A DNA stretch of 64,000 nucleotides, taken from NCBI GenBank assembly GCA_903912525.1, contig CAIWHK010000007.1:22563-86562 (forward strand), given 5' to 3'. This document shows positions 30,205-39,462 of this stretch, piece by piece (the first letter of the stretch is position 1; each line of letters starts with the position of its first letter). Made by a program: the position numbers and the translations under genes. This DNA is from an uncultured bacterium (GTDB taxonomy: Bacteria; Krumholzibacteriota; Krumholzibacteriia; LZORAL124-64-63). Below the pieces are notes generated by a model. The model was not told where the DNA came from and did not search any database. It worked only from the letters and a program-made list of their open reading frames with translations.

Positions 30205-31081
30205 CCCGGCCCATTTCCGGAGCGCCGTTAACTATACGGCGGCAGTCACGGCGTTCCCTGTGGCACCCATCGAGAAGGACTTCTTCTGCACCCTTCTTCT
30301 GGAGCACCTGGCACGCAACGAACCTGACCTCGTCTTCAAGGGCGGAACCGCCCTGGCGAAAGTCCACGCTGGATTCTACCGATTGAGCGAGGACCTGGAC
30401 TTCACCCTTCCGATGCCGCTTGATTCCCCACGCTCGGCCCGCAGGCGGCGCATGGCCGGCATCCGTCGCGCGCTGGAAGGCATCGGCCGCGAATTGGCCG
30501 TCTTCCATTTGGCTGAGCCCCTGCGTGGCGCCAACAACTCGTCCCAATACTCGGCCACGGTCCGGTACCAGTCGCCATGCCTCGGATCGAGCGAAGACAT
30601 CAGACTCGACATATCCCTGAGGGAGCCACTGCTGACTCCCATCTATGCCGGGGCTGCGCAGACCATACTCCGCAACCCTGTCAATGGCAGCCGCATCATT
30701 CGCGATGTGCGCATCCCGTGCCTGTCGTGGCAGGAGTCGTGGGCCGAAAAGTTCCGCGCAGCGCTTTCGCGCCGGGATGTGGCCATTCGCGATTTCTACG
30801 ACATCGATGTTGCCGTCAGGCGGTGGAACCTGGACTCAGGCGCCGACGGGTTCGTCGCACTCGTACACCGGAAGCTATCGACTCCCGGATTCGAAAGACT
30901 GGAGCTTTCGTCGACGCGCCTGCGGTGCCTGAGAGCCCAGATCGACACGGAACTGCGACCCGTGCTCAGGCCCGTTGACTTCGAACCCTTCGACATGGAC
31001 AGGGCCGTCGACATCGTTGACGAGATGGCGAGGCGGATCCGCAAGATCGGACGCCAACGCCCAACCACCGGCACGGGATGA
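30164..31081 (+). CDS. abiEii: Type IV TA toxin, AbiEii nucleotidyltransferase
   Basis: IEKDF, LVFKGGTALAK, RLSEDLDF, EKFRA..RDFYD. Confidence 0.9.
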   Translation: MDRLASGAIRILDDPAHFRSAVNYTAAVTAFPVAPIEKDFFCTLLLEHLARNEPDLVFKGGTALAKVHAGFYRLSEDLDFTLPMPLDSPRSARRRRMAGIRRALEGIGRELAVFHLAEPLRGANNSSQYSATVRYQSPCLGSSEDIRLDISLREPLLTPIYAGAAQTILRNPVNGSRIIRDVRIPCLSWQESWAEKFRAALSRRDVAIRDFYDIDVAVRRWNLDSGADGFVALVHRKLSTPGFERLELSSTRLRCLRAQIDTELRPVLRPVDFEPFDMDRAVDIVDEMARRIRKIGRQRPTTGTG

Positions 31082-31113
31082 GTTGCGCCGGCGCAAGTCA
31101 GCCCAACGCCCCC

Positions 31114-31986
31114 CTACCCCACCGCCACCCCATACAGGCGCATCACCTCGTCAAAATCCGCCATCGACTTCGCCACATCCTCGAAGTCATCGACCATCCC
31201 CCAGTAGCAGGCGATCGACCCGCGGTCCTCGATCGCGATGCCGCCGTGGGCACGGATGTCGGCCAGGAGTTCGTCGCGCCCCTTGGCGAGGTAGCCGACG
31301 AGTTCCGAGTGGTCCAGCGCGGCCTCCTCCCTGACGAACCAGGCATCAACCGAGGATGGCGACAGAAGGTGGTTGATCCCGCCGGTGGCGTCGGGGCGCC
31401 TGAGGATCTCGTCCCCGATCAACTCTTCGAGGTCACCCTCGTCGATCGTGTCGTCGTCCTCGATCGGGCGATCGCCACGCCACGAGAGGCCGGCCCAGGC
31501 GGCGTCGAGGGCGGCGAGGAACTCGGGGTCCTCGCTGCGATCGTATTCCTCATCGGGATCCGGCTTGCCGGCCTGGCGGCGGTCGTACAGGTAGTCGTCC
31601 CAGAACGGTTCCTCGTACTCGTCCTTGTCCCTGTACTCGGCCCGGTCGTCCATGGCATCCGCCAGGCTGGCGGCGACGCCCGGCGCGATGGCGCGATATT
31701 CGGCGAGCGTGCCCGTGAAGCCGAACGAGGCCGCTTCCGCGGCGGTCTCGATGACATCGCCCAGCGTCGCGAACGCCAACCGGCCGGGGTTGCACGGATC
31801 GACGCTCCACAGCACGACGCTGCTGTCCTTCTCGACAGGGCCGGTCAGGCACTCCTGCTGCGCCTGGAGGTGCTCGAGCAGGGCGGCGGCCAGGTGCTTC
31901 ACCGGTTCGTGGATTTCGGTCCGGGTAGCGAAATCGGCGAGCGTCTGCCGGGCGGCGGCGCGGGACTCATCTCTTGACGGCATCAC
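31114..31986 (-). CDS. Hypothetical acidic protein, last gene of the MoxR operon
   Basis: GAGGAGG RBS, D/E-rich, coding-like bias. Confidence 0.7.
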   Translation of the reverse strand: MMPSRDESRAAARQTLADFATRTEIHEPVKHLAAALLEHLQAQQECLTGPVEKDSSVVLWSVDPCNPGRLAFATLGDVIETAAEAASFGFTGTLAEYRAIAPGVAASLADAMDDRAEYRDKDEYEEPFWDDYLYDRRQAGKPDPDEEYDRSEDPEFLAALDAAWAGLSWRGDRPIEDDDTIDEGDLEELIGDEILRRPDATGGINHLLSPSSVDAWFVREEAALDHSELVGYLAKGRDELLADIRAHGGIAIEDRGSIACYWGMVDDFEDVAKSMADFDEVMRLYGVAVG

Positions 31987-32025
31987 GGCCTCCTCATGCG
32001 AGTGATCCGCGCGTGCGCGGCGAAC

Positions 32026-32802
32026 CTAGTCATCTTCTTCATCGCCGATCGAGGCCATGGCGGCTTCCTGCAGGGCGCGCTCGGCGTCCTCGTGCGCGGC
32101 CAGGCGCCGATGGACTTCATTCACGTCCACCGTGAACCCCCAGAAGCACTCGAGCAGGACATCGTCGCGGATCATGGTGCAGCCGAACCGCGTGAAGCAT
32201 GCAACGATGGCGTCGTGGTCCTTGGACCTGAATGCGAGATTAGGCTCCATGTCGCAAGAGGTGTCCTGCCATTCGCCATAGGCGTTGGCGACGATGGGCG
32301 GGACGCCCTCCTCCATCGCCCTCATGGGGCAGTAGAGGTGGAGGTATCCCTCTTCTTCGTATTCGTATAGGTCTCCCAGGCAGATCTCGTCCTCGTCCAG
32401 CGGGCCGCGGCCGAGCGGAAACGGGATATCGGCGTACTCGGCGCGCAACTCGGCCTCGGTCAGCGTCGCGCGCAGTTCGTCGACGTCGAGGTCGTCACAG
32501 TAGGCGGCATCGTGCGCAGCATCGTTCAGTTCGCCATTTGCGAACGCATCGAAATCCGGGTAGCACGCTATGAAGGACAGTTCCTCGCGCAGGTCGTCGG
32601 CCTCGCACCCGCCCAGTTCGGTGAAACGCCCCCAGGTCCCTGCGGATTCGGCCGCGGCGAAGAAAGGGGCCCACAACGACATCTCGTCGAACGGGACGAA
32701 CACCAGGCCGCCATTGCACGGGTCCGCGCCGTAGATGAAGACCTCGGCCATGGGATCCGGACGACGGGCGGGGCCGTTGCCCGAAAAGTGGCGCACGCTC
32801 AT
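32026..32802 (-). CDS. Hypothetical protein, paralog of 33625-34719
   Basis: ATGA coupling to the upstream gene; shares EVFIYG.D, GTW, LYCP..AM, D.SC, F.RFG..IRDD motifs. Confidence 0.75.
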   Translation of the reverse strand: MSVRHFSGNGPARRPDPMAEVFIYGADPCNGGLVFVPFDEMSLWAPFFAAAESAGTWGRFTELGGCEADDLREELSFIACYPDFDAFANGELNDAAHDAAYCDDLDVDELRATLTEAELRAEYADIPFPLGRGPLDEDEICLGDLYEYEEEGYLHLYCPMRAMEEGVPPIVANAYGEWQDTSCDMEPNLAFRSKDHDAIVACFTRFGCTMIRDDVLLECFWGFTVDVNEVHRRLAAHEDAERALQEAAMASIGDEEDD

Positions 32803-33623
32803 CGGCGACTCCCCTCGACAACGGCAGTCCGCACATCCTCGCACGCGAACCGCAGGAAGTCGTGCACATGGGCCAGCAGCGGATGATCCGGACCGCCCAC
32901 CGGCACCAGCGTCCGGTTGACCTCGACCATCAGCGAGCGCGTGTCGTTGACGTGCGGCGGCAGGTCGCCGGGCACGAAGGAACCCGCGAACGGCCGGTTG
33001 TGGTCGATGAGGCCCGGCGCGCCCGCGGCGCGACCCGTCCACCACGCCAGCCAGTTGCGCGGCGCGTGGACCTCGTCGTAGCCGAGGCAATACCATGGCC
33101 GCGAGCCGCCGTCCGTCTCGTAGGGCAGCGGCGCCTGGGGAAACGAGTGCAGGTCGATGATGTGGACCGGCGCGTCGAAGCGCTCGCGCAGTTCGACGAC
33201 CAGGTCGCGCATGGCGCGGTGGTACGGGTGGTAGAACTCGTCCATGCGCTCGGCGCGGTCGTCGGCGTCCCAGTTGCGCCGGCGCAAGCGGCGGCCGTCG
33301 TGCGCGTGCACATAGATGGCGCCCATGCCCCAGACGGCGGCGATCTCGTCGGCGTCGGCGGCGTATCGCTCGGGGTCCATCACGACACGGCAGACGTTGT
33401 TGACCACGACGTGGGCGCCGAGCGCCACCAGGGGCAGCGCCAGGCGGTCGGTGTCGTGGTCGACGAGGGCCTCGATCACTTCGCGGAGCTCTGCGTCGGT
33501 CAGCACGAAGTCGCCACGGCAGTGCAGGGGCACGAAGCGCGAGGCGTGGGGCACGTGGATGATGATCGGCAGCGCCACTGCCGGGTCGGGACGATGGATG
33601 GTAAGCCAGGCGTTGTCGCCCAT
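32799..33623 (-). CDS. N-formylglutamate amidohydrolase family protein
   Basis: IIHVPHAS, DHDTDRL, R..MDPERY, YHPYHRA, IDLHSFP, NRPFAG, SLMVEVNR. Confidence 0.85.
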   Translation of the reverse strand: MGDNAWLTIHRPDPAVALPIIIHVPHASRFVPLHCRGDFVLTDAELREVIEALVDHDTDRLALPLVALGAHVVVNNVCRVVMDPERYAADADEIAAVWGMGAIYVHAHDGRRLRRRNWDADDRAERMDEFYHPYHRAMRDLVVELRERFDAPVHIIDLHSFPQAPLPYETDGGSRPWYCLGYDEVHAPRNWLAWWTGRAAGAPGLIDHNRPFAGSFVPGDLPPHVNDTRSLMVEVNRTLVPVGGPDHPLLAHVHDFLRFACEDVRTAVVEGSRR

Positions 33624-33624
33624 C

Positions 33625-34719
33625 TCAGAATCCCCCTTCGTCGTCATCGTCCTCTTCCTCTTCCCACTCCTCGTCTTCCTCGAGGTCAGGGTCCTTCAAG
33701 TCGTCGAGCACGCTGGCGCAGCCCGGTGACGGGTCGGCCGGGGTGATCAGTTCCAGCTCGGCCCTGAACTCGGCCTCGCGCGCCCGGTATGCCTTGCACT
33801 TGGCGATCACGTCCTCGTAGCTCTTGAAGGTGCCGAAGAACGCGCGGATCGCGTCGTCGTCACGGATGGTCAGGTAGCCCAGGCGACGGAACGCCGCCTG
33901 GAGCAGCGAGCTGCTGACTTCGTCGTACGAGGCGAACGGGCCGTTGCAGCTCATGTCATAGAACGAACCGGCGTACTTGTCCTCGATGAGCGAGGGCATC
34001 GACGAACTCATGGCCGTCTCGGGGCGGTACAGCCAAATCTTCCCGTCCCAGATGGCCTGCGACATGTCCAGCTCGTTGATCTCGTCGGTCGGCTGCGGCG
34101 GGCGGTCGCCGAAGCAGCTGAGCGCCTCCCACCGCGCGCGCAGGACCTCTTCCGTGGGCCGGACGGCCGGCGGCGTCCACTCGCACTTGTCATCGTCGTC
34201 CCACTCGTCATCGCACGGGCGCTCGGCCGGATCGCCCTTCTTCAGGAACTCGCTGCGGAACGAGCGAAAGGTCTTCCACCGCGCCGCCTCGCGAAGCGTG
34301 GCCTTGAGCGCCACCGCCCGCTTGCGGTCCAGCTTGGCGTAGCCCGCCCACGTCTTGCCCGCGGCGATGGCGGCCCACGCCGGCAGGTAGGCCAGCAGGT
34401 CGTCCAACGGGACGTAGAGCTGGGAGTCGCCGTGGTCGTAGCCCCAGACGTAGACCATCTCGAGCGGACTGACGACCGTCGGCACACCGCGCAGCGGCTG
34501 CTCCTGTCCGCTGGCCTTCTCGACGAGCTGCCGTACTTCGCGCCAGGGCTTGCAGCCGAGGTTCCCGAAGTAGGCGGCGCGCGCGTGGGCACGGCGTTCC
34601 TCGGGCGTGAGCTGCTCGAAATCGATTTCGGGCGCTACTGCCTTCTTGGCCGACGGGGTCGTCTTGCCAGTGGTCGTCTTGCCAGTGGCCTTCTTGCGAG
34701 CGGTCGTCTTGGTAGCCAT
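33625..34719 (-). CDS. Hypothetical protein (Lys/Thr-rich N-tail, acidic C-tail)
   Basis: Long ORF with GGAG RBS; paralog of 32026-32802. Confidence 0.78.
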   Translation of the reverse strand: MATKTTARKKATGKTTTGKTTPSAKKAVAPEIDFEQLTPEERRAHARAAYFGNLGCKPWREVRQLVEKASGQEQPLRGVPTVVSPLEMVYVWGYDHGDSQLYVPLDDLLAYLPAWAAIAAGKTWAGYAKLDRKRAVALKATLREAARWKTFRSFRSEFLKKGDPAERPCDDEWDDDDKCEWTPPAVRPTEEVLRARWEALSCFGDRPPQPTDEINELDMSQAIWDGKIWLYRPETAMSSSMPSLIEDKYAGSFYDMSCNGPFASYDEVSSSLLQAAFRRLGYLTIRDDDAIRAFFGTFKSYEDVIAKCKAYRAREAEFRAELELITPADPSPGCASVLDDLKDPDLEEDEEWEEEEDDDDEGGF

Positions 34720-34834
34720 GATCTTGTCTCCCTTGCGTTTGCGGCCGGAGCCGATGGTTGATCCAACCCGGCGCCGTCACGGCGCTATTCATACCAGAGG
34801 GCCGTTCCGTCCCGCGGAACGGCTCCGCACTTCC

Positions 34835-36271
34835 CTACCCTCCCTCAGCGAGCCGCGGCAGCGGCACGACCTCCTTCCCGAGGACGCCGGCCAGGTCGCG
34901 GTCGTAGCTCCCCGCCAGCAGCACCACGCATTGCAGGCGCCGTTCGCGCAGTTCGCGCCGATGCTCTTCCGGCACGCTCCCGACGTACCCGTCGGTGATG
35001 ACCACGGCGCGCCGGACACCCTCGGCCAACATGTGCGCCGAGACGCAACGGATGTCCGTGCCCCCGTCGCCGACGACCTTGCGGGCGACCAGCTCGGCGG
35101 GTGAGATGTCGTGCAGCGTGGTGCTGAACAGGTGGATGCGCGGGTAAAGCAACGCGCGCAGCGGCGCCAGGGCGCCGTAGAGCAGGGCAATGACGCCCGC
35201 CATGCTGCCGCTGACGTCCAGGTACACGTGCACGAGGCTGCCGGGGTCGGGCTCGCGTTCGCGCCGCACGGCGCGGAACACGATCGGCGCCGCGCCGAAG
35301 GCCTCGCGCACGCCGGCGCGGCGGTCGGCCACGGTGCGGAACGGCAGCGCGGACTCGACGTCCACGTCACGCGCGCCCCGAGACGGCGCAGAACCCGGCT
35401 GGTCGCCCGCAACCCGCAGCAGTGCCCCGCGGATCACGCGGACGACGTCGCGCCGCGCCTCGCGCGCCTCGACGAACGCCGCGCCGGGATCACCGCCCTG
35501 GCCCCGGTCGACGCCGACGCCGCGCGCGGCCAACGTGACCTCGGCCGGCCAGTGGGCGACGACGCGGCGCAGGGTTTCGAGCAGGGCGGGATCGACCCCG
35601 CCGCCCTCATCGTCGCCCGGCGGACCGACGTCGTGGCTGCCCAGCAGCGGCGGCAATTCAAGCGACGCCTTCGCGCGACCCCGACGGCGGCGGCACCCGA
35701 GCGACTCCTCGAGCACCTCGACGAGGTCCGCATGCGTGACGGTGTCGCCCGCATACAGCGCGCGATGGGCGACGAGCGCCTTGCCCGTCATCCGCCACGA
35801 CTCGTTCGCGGTGCGCCAGCCGACGGGCGGGCGCAGCAGCGCCTCGGGGAAGCGGGCGTCCGCGTACAGTTCGCGAAACAGCGCCGTGTACGCCGGTCGG
35901 GGTAATGCGCGGCACAGCTGGGCGTTGACCAGGGCGTCGAAGATGAAGTTCCGCGCCGGCGTCGTGCGCGGGTACAGGCGCGTGTGGCCGAGCACGATGT
36001 GGTTGAGCTCGTGCAGCACGAGCATCACCAGGGCCGCGTCGGTGCGGCAATGCCGCGCCACGAAGTCCGGATTCAACAACAGGCGTGAGCGGGCGCCCGA
36101 GGTCACGGCCGCCGTCGCCACGTCGCGGTTGACCTCCACGTCCAGCAGGCCCAGCAGCTTCGCAAACTCGAGGTGCGAGGCAGGGACCGTTTCGGCGATG
36201 CGCTCGGCAAGGGTGGCCGAGAGGGCGCGATCGACGGCACGGTCGGCAGCATGGTCAATGGCGGTCGTCAT
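34835..36271 (-). CDS. Metallopeptidase (HExxH) + vWA domain protein (DUF2201-like), MoxR partner
   Basis: LLLNPDFV, LVLHELNHIVLGHT, YLDVSGSM, GGTD, VVITDGY. Confidence 0.82.
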   Translation of the reverse strand: MTTAIDHAADRAVDRALSATLAERIAETVPASHLEFAKLLGLLDVEVNRDVATAAVTSGARSRLLLNPDFVARHCRTDAALVMLVLHELNHIVLGHTRLYPRTTPARNFIFDALVNAQLCRALPRPAYTALFRELYADARFPEALLRPPVGWRTANESWRMTGKALVAHRALYAGDTVTHADLVEVLEESLGCRRRRGRAKASLELPPLLGSHDVGPPGDDEGGGVDPALLETLRRVVAHWPAEVTLAARGVGVDRGQGGDPGAAFVEAREARRDVVRVIRGALLRVAGDQPGSAPSRGARDVDVESALPFRTVADRRAGVREAFGAAPIVFRAVRREREPDPGSLVHVYLDVSGSMAGVIALLYGALAPLRALLYPRIHLFSTTLHDISPAELVARKVVGDGGTDIRCVSAHMLAEGVRRAVVITDGYVGSVPEEHRRELRERRLQCVVLLAGSYDRDLAGVLGKEVVPLPRLAEGG

Positions 36272-36813
36272 GCCGGCACCTCCCCCGCGCCGGGCGCCGC
36301 GTAGAACGCGAAGGCCATCCGGGGAGTCCGCATCACGGCCGTGCCCGGCGCGCGCCGCCGGATGAACACGGAGCCGGACACGCGCGACAGCAGGGCCAGC
36401 GCACGCGCCGGGTCCGCCTCGAAGCCCTGTTCGTGGACGCCGTCCACCGGGATGCGGCGCACGATGGCGAATGGCGGCAATCCCAGCGCCACGGGATCCA
36501 GGCGCCCGAGCATTTCCTCCAGCCGGTCGGACAACTCGTCGTCGGGGCACGGGTACAGCTCGATGTCGGCATCACGACGGCCGAGCACCGCGTCCTGGGC
36601 CAGCGCCACCAGCCGCACCAGGCGCAGGTGCGCATCGCGCTCCCACTCGCGTTCGAACGGGCGCCCGAGCAGGAGCGGGTACGGGTCGACAAACGAGAAC
36701 AGCCGCAGCGACGGAACGGGCGCCGCCACACCGCTCCGCAGCGCCACAGCGCCGACAGTGCGCGCCGGGTCGAACGGGCGGCACCTGACCTTGATGGAGC
36801 GCGAGGTGCTCAT
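36268..36813 (-). CDS. Hypothetical protein
   Basis: ATGA overlaps on both sides within the operon. Confidence 0.65.
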   Translation of the reverse strand: MSTSRSIKVRCRPFDPARTVGAVALRSGVAAPVPSLRLFSFVDPYPLLLGRPFEREWERDAHLRLVRLVALAQDAVLGRRDADIELYPCPDDELSDRLEEMLGRLDPVALGLPPFAIVRRIPVDGVHEQGFEADPARALALLSRVSGSVFIRRRAPGTAVMRTPRMAFAFYAAPGAGEVPA

Positions 36814-38276
36814 GCCGCCTCCCCGTCCGCTGCCGGATGCAGCAACTCGTGCCACTCGCGGTAGCAGGCGACCACCCGTGCCGCGTCCAGGCCCGTCGCA
36901 TCGTCCAGGAACGCCGCGTAGAGCAGGTTGCCGATCTCGCCGAGTTGCGGCTCGCCCTCCTTCGACAGGCGGTCGATGGTGGCGCACACGTTATCCCATG
37001 CATTGGCGTGCGCGCGCGGCACTGTGCGGGTGACCTTGCCACCGCCCGCAAATGCGAGCACCGGCTCGACCAGCACCGCCAATTGCTCGCAGGCCTCGGC
37101 GGTCAGCAGATCCTCGCGCGTGAACCGCGAGGCCAGCACCAGCGCCAGCACACGGCGTCCGTTCGGCGTCTGCGAGGCCAGGGCATCGAGCACGAGCTGG
37201 CTGACCTGCGTGCGCGTCGACTCGCCGGGCTCCGCGCGCAACGCGATGGCGACGCGGCGCACCGGGTCGGCCTCGCCGCGGATGTCGCGCCAGGTGGCGC
37301 CGTCGATTGCGCGCGCCGCGTGGTCGGCCAGGCGGTGGGCCGCCTTCAACGCGGCGTCATCGATCACGCGGCCGAGCGCGCGCTGAGGCAGACCCCAGCG
37401 CAGCGCGGTGTACGCCGACTGCGGCAGCGAACTGCGCACCCCGAGCGCCAGGTGGGCCGCGTGCACGGCCAGCGCCGACGAGGCCAGCGCGACCGCGCGG
37501 CGCCCGCTGATGTCGAGCCCCATCTGGTGCAGCGGCACGATGAGCCCCTGCACCCAGGCCGCGGCCCAGGCGCGCTGGCCCTCGGTCAGCTCCGCCAGGC
37601 GCGCGCGGGCTGTGGCGACCAGCGCGGGCAGGCCGGCATCGCCGTCAGGCGCGGTGCCGCCCTGCGCGATGATCGCCGTGCGATCGGCCACCGACAGGTC
37701 CAGCAGGCGCGGGACGGTCACCACGTACGGGAACCGATCGGCGAGCGCCGGGTCGAGCGGCACCGAGCCGGAATAGGCATCGCCCTCGACCGTGCCGTCG
37801 TCGAGCGCCGGCGGGTTCATCGCGGCCCACCGATACCTCAGGTTTACCAGCGGCAACCCCTGCACGCGCCGCTCGTGAATCACCGCGAACAGCTTGTTCT
37901 GCGTCTCGGGGCGGCAGCGCGAGATCTCGTCGAGGAACACCGACTCGGCGCCCCACAGGTCGCCCGGCGTGCGCAGCCACGAGAGAGCGTCGCGCGCCTC
38001 ATTGGGCACGGGGTAGCCGAGCAGGTCGTCAAAGCTGATGAGGCTGGCGTTGAAGTGGCGGTGCTCGAGGCGCAGCGCCGCGGCAAGCCGGTTGAGCAGC
38101 TCGCTCTTGGCGGTGCCGTGCGCGCCGATCAGGAGCAGCGGGCGCTCGTCGGTGAGCGCCGCCAGGATGACGGCATCGAGGTGGTCGAGTCCGAAGATGT
38201 TCAGGCGTCGCAGCAGGTGGTTGTTGCCGGACGTATCGGATGGGGCTGCAATATCGGCGTGGCTTGCGTTGGGCAT
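36810..38276 (-). CDS. MoxR-like AAA+ ATPase
   Basis: LLIGAHGTAKS Walker A, VFLDEISR Walker B, AAMNP, LDPALADRF. Confidence 0.9.
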   Translation of the reverse strand: MPNASHADIAAPSDTSGNNHLLRRLNIFGLDHLDAVILAALTDERPLLLIGAHGTAKSELLNRLAAALRLEHRHFNASLISFDDLLGYPVPNEARDALSWLRTPGDLWGAESVFLDEISRCRPETQNKLFAVIHERRVQGLPLVNLRYRWAAMNPPALDDGTVEGDAYSGSVPLDPALADRFPYVVTVPRLLDLSVADRTAIIAQGGTAPDGDAGLPALVATARARLAELTEGQRAWAAAWVQGLIVPLHQMGLDISGRRAVALASSALAVHAAHLALGVRSSLPQSAYTALRWGLPQRALGRVIDDAALKAAHRLADHAARAIDGATWRDIRGEADPVRRVAIALRAEPGESTRTQVSQLVLDALASQTPNGRRVLALVLASRFTREDLLTAEACEQLAVLVEPVLAFAGGGKVTRTVPRAHANAWDNVCATIDRLSKEGEPQLGEIGNLLYAAFLDDATGLDAARVVACYREWHELLHPAADGEAA

Positions 38277-38436
38277 GCCGCACCTCCCGTTTCCCCCAAT
38301 GGCCGCCCGTGCGGCCAGGCTCCGGGGGCAGGGAGCGCGGCCGACGCTTTAGCAGCATTTGTTTAGGCCGCCCTGCAAGCTGTCAGGGTCAAATCGGCGG
38401 CCCCCGGCAAATGCCGGGAAGAGAAAAGTGCCGGGC

Positions 38437-38471
38437 AAAGAAAAAGCCTGCTTCCAATGGCTGAAGCAGGC
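38437..38471 (-). terminator. Rho-independent terminator about 160 nt upstream of the MoxR operon
   Basis: GCCTGCTTC-AGCCATTG-GAAGCAGGC followed by TTTTTCTTT. Confidence 0.7.
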
Positions 38472-38645
38472 AGCGCGCGATCATGTCGCGTTCGGCCTCG
38501 CTTTAGCCTGATTTGTATCGCGCCGGCAAGCTGAGGTCAAAGAGGCGCGTTTGAATATTATCGGCGCGATGGGGTGTTTGGTCAAGAGGTATTTCGCAAG
38601 TTTGTTGCGTGGGTGAGTTGCGCCGGCGCAAGTCCGGCACGCAAT

Positions 38646-39213
38646 TCACGCGTTCATTCCTCGCCAAGGCCTGCCCGGCAATTTCGTCGCGATGCGTTGA
38701 TGTACTTCTCGCCAGGCGGCATTCCCGTCGTACGCGAGCCCGGGCCGCAGCAGCAGTTTCACGTCACCGACGAAAGCCGCGTCCCTCATCTTTGCGGCCA
38801 GGTTCGCCTCCATGCGGGCGCGGGTCACGGGCACGCCGAGCCAGGGCGCGAGATATCCCCAGGTCCTGTTCGACCAGCGCCGACTCGGGCCAGGGCGTAG
38901 CGGCACGATGGTGGTGCGGCGGGCGACCAGCCACGCGGCCAGCGAACCTGCCAGACGTTCCTCGCCCAGCTGTTCGAGCACGTAGCCGAGACGCTGGGCA
39001 TCGGGCCGGCGCACCATTGGTTGCTGGTGGCCGGCGCCATGGAGCGCGGCGGCCGACACCAGGCGCCCCTTCTGCTTCTGGCGGCGCAATGCCGATTGCG
39101 TTGCGACGAACGACGACCGGAGGGCAGCCTCGGCCTCTTGGCGCCTACAACATGTAGCGGCCCTTGGCGGGAAGGGATTCGATCCAGTCTTCGAGGTGGT
39201 GAAGGGCGTCCAT
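38646..39213 (-). pseudogene. Collapsed AbiEi/AbiEii remnant (antitoxin N-term, antitoxin C-term, toxin C-term)
   Basis: MDALHHLEDWIESLPAKGRYML*, then DAQRLGYVLEQLG..VPLRP, then VTRARMEANLAAKMRDAAFVGDVKLLLRPG..LPGRPW. Confidence 0.6.
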
Positions 39214-39462
39214 GTTCGGCAAGCCTCAGCATGTAAGTCAGCATCAAATGCTAATATATTGTCGTATATTTGATCGATTCTTGGGATTGGGGGTGTCGCG
39301 CGGACTTGCGCCGGCGCAAGTCGCAGCCGATCCGGCCGGACCCGCAACGGCATTTGCGCCCGCCCCCGCAAGGGTATAGGCTTTGCTGCCGACCTGCCCA
39401 TGGCAGAGCCTCCCGGCTGCACCCATCGACCGCTGGCCCAGGACTCCGGAAAAGAGCCGCAG

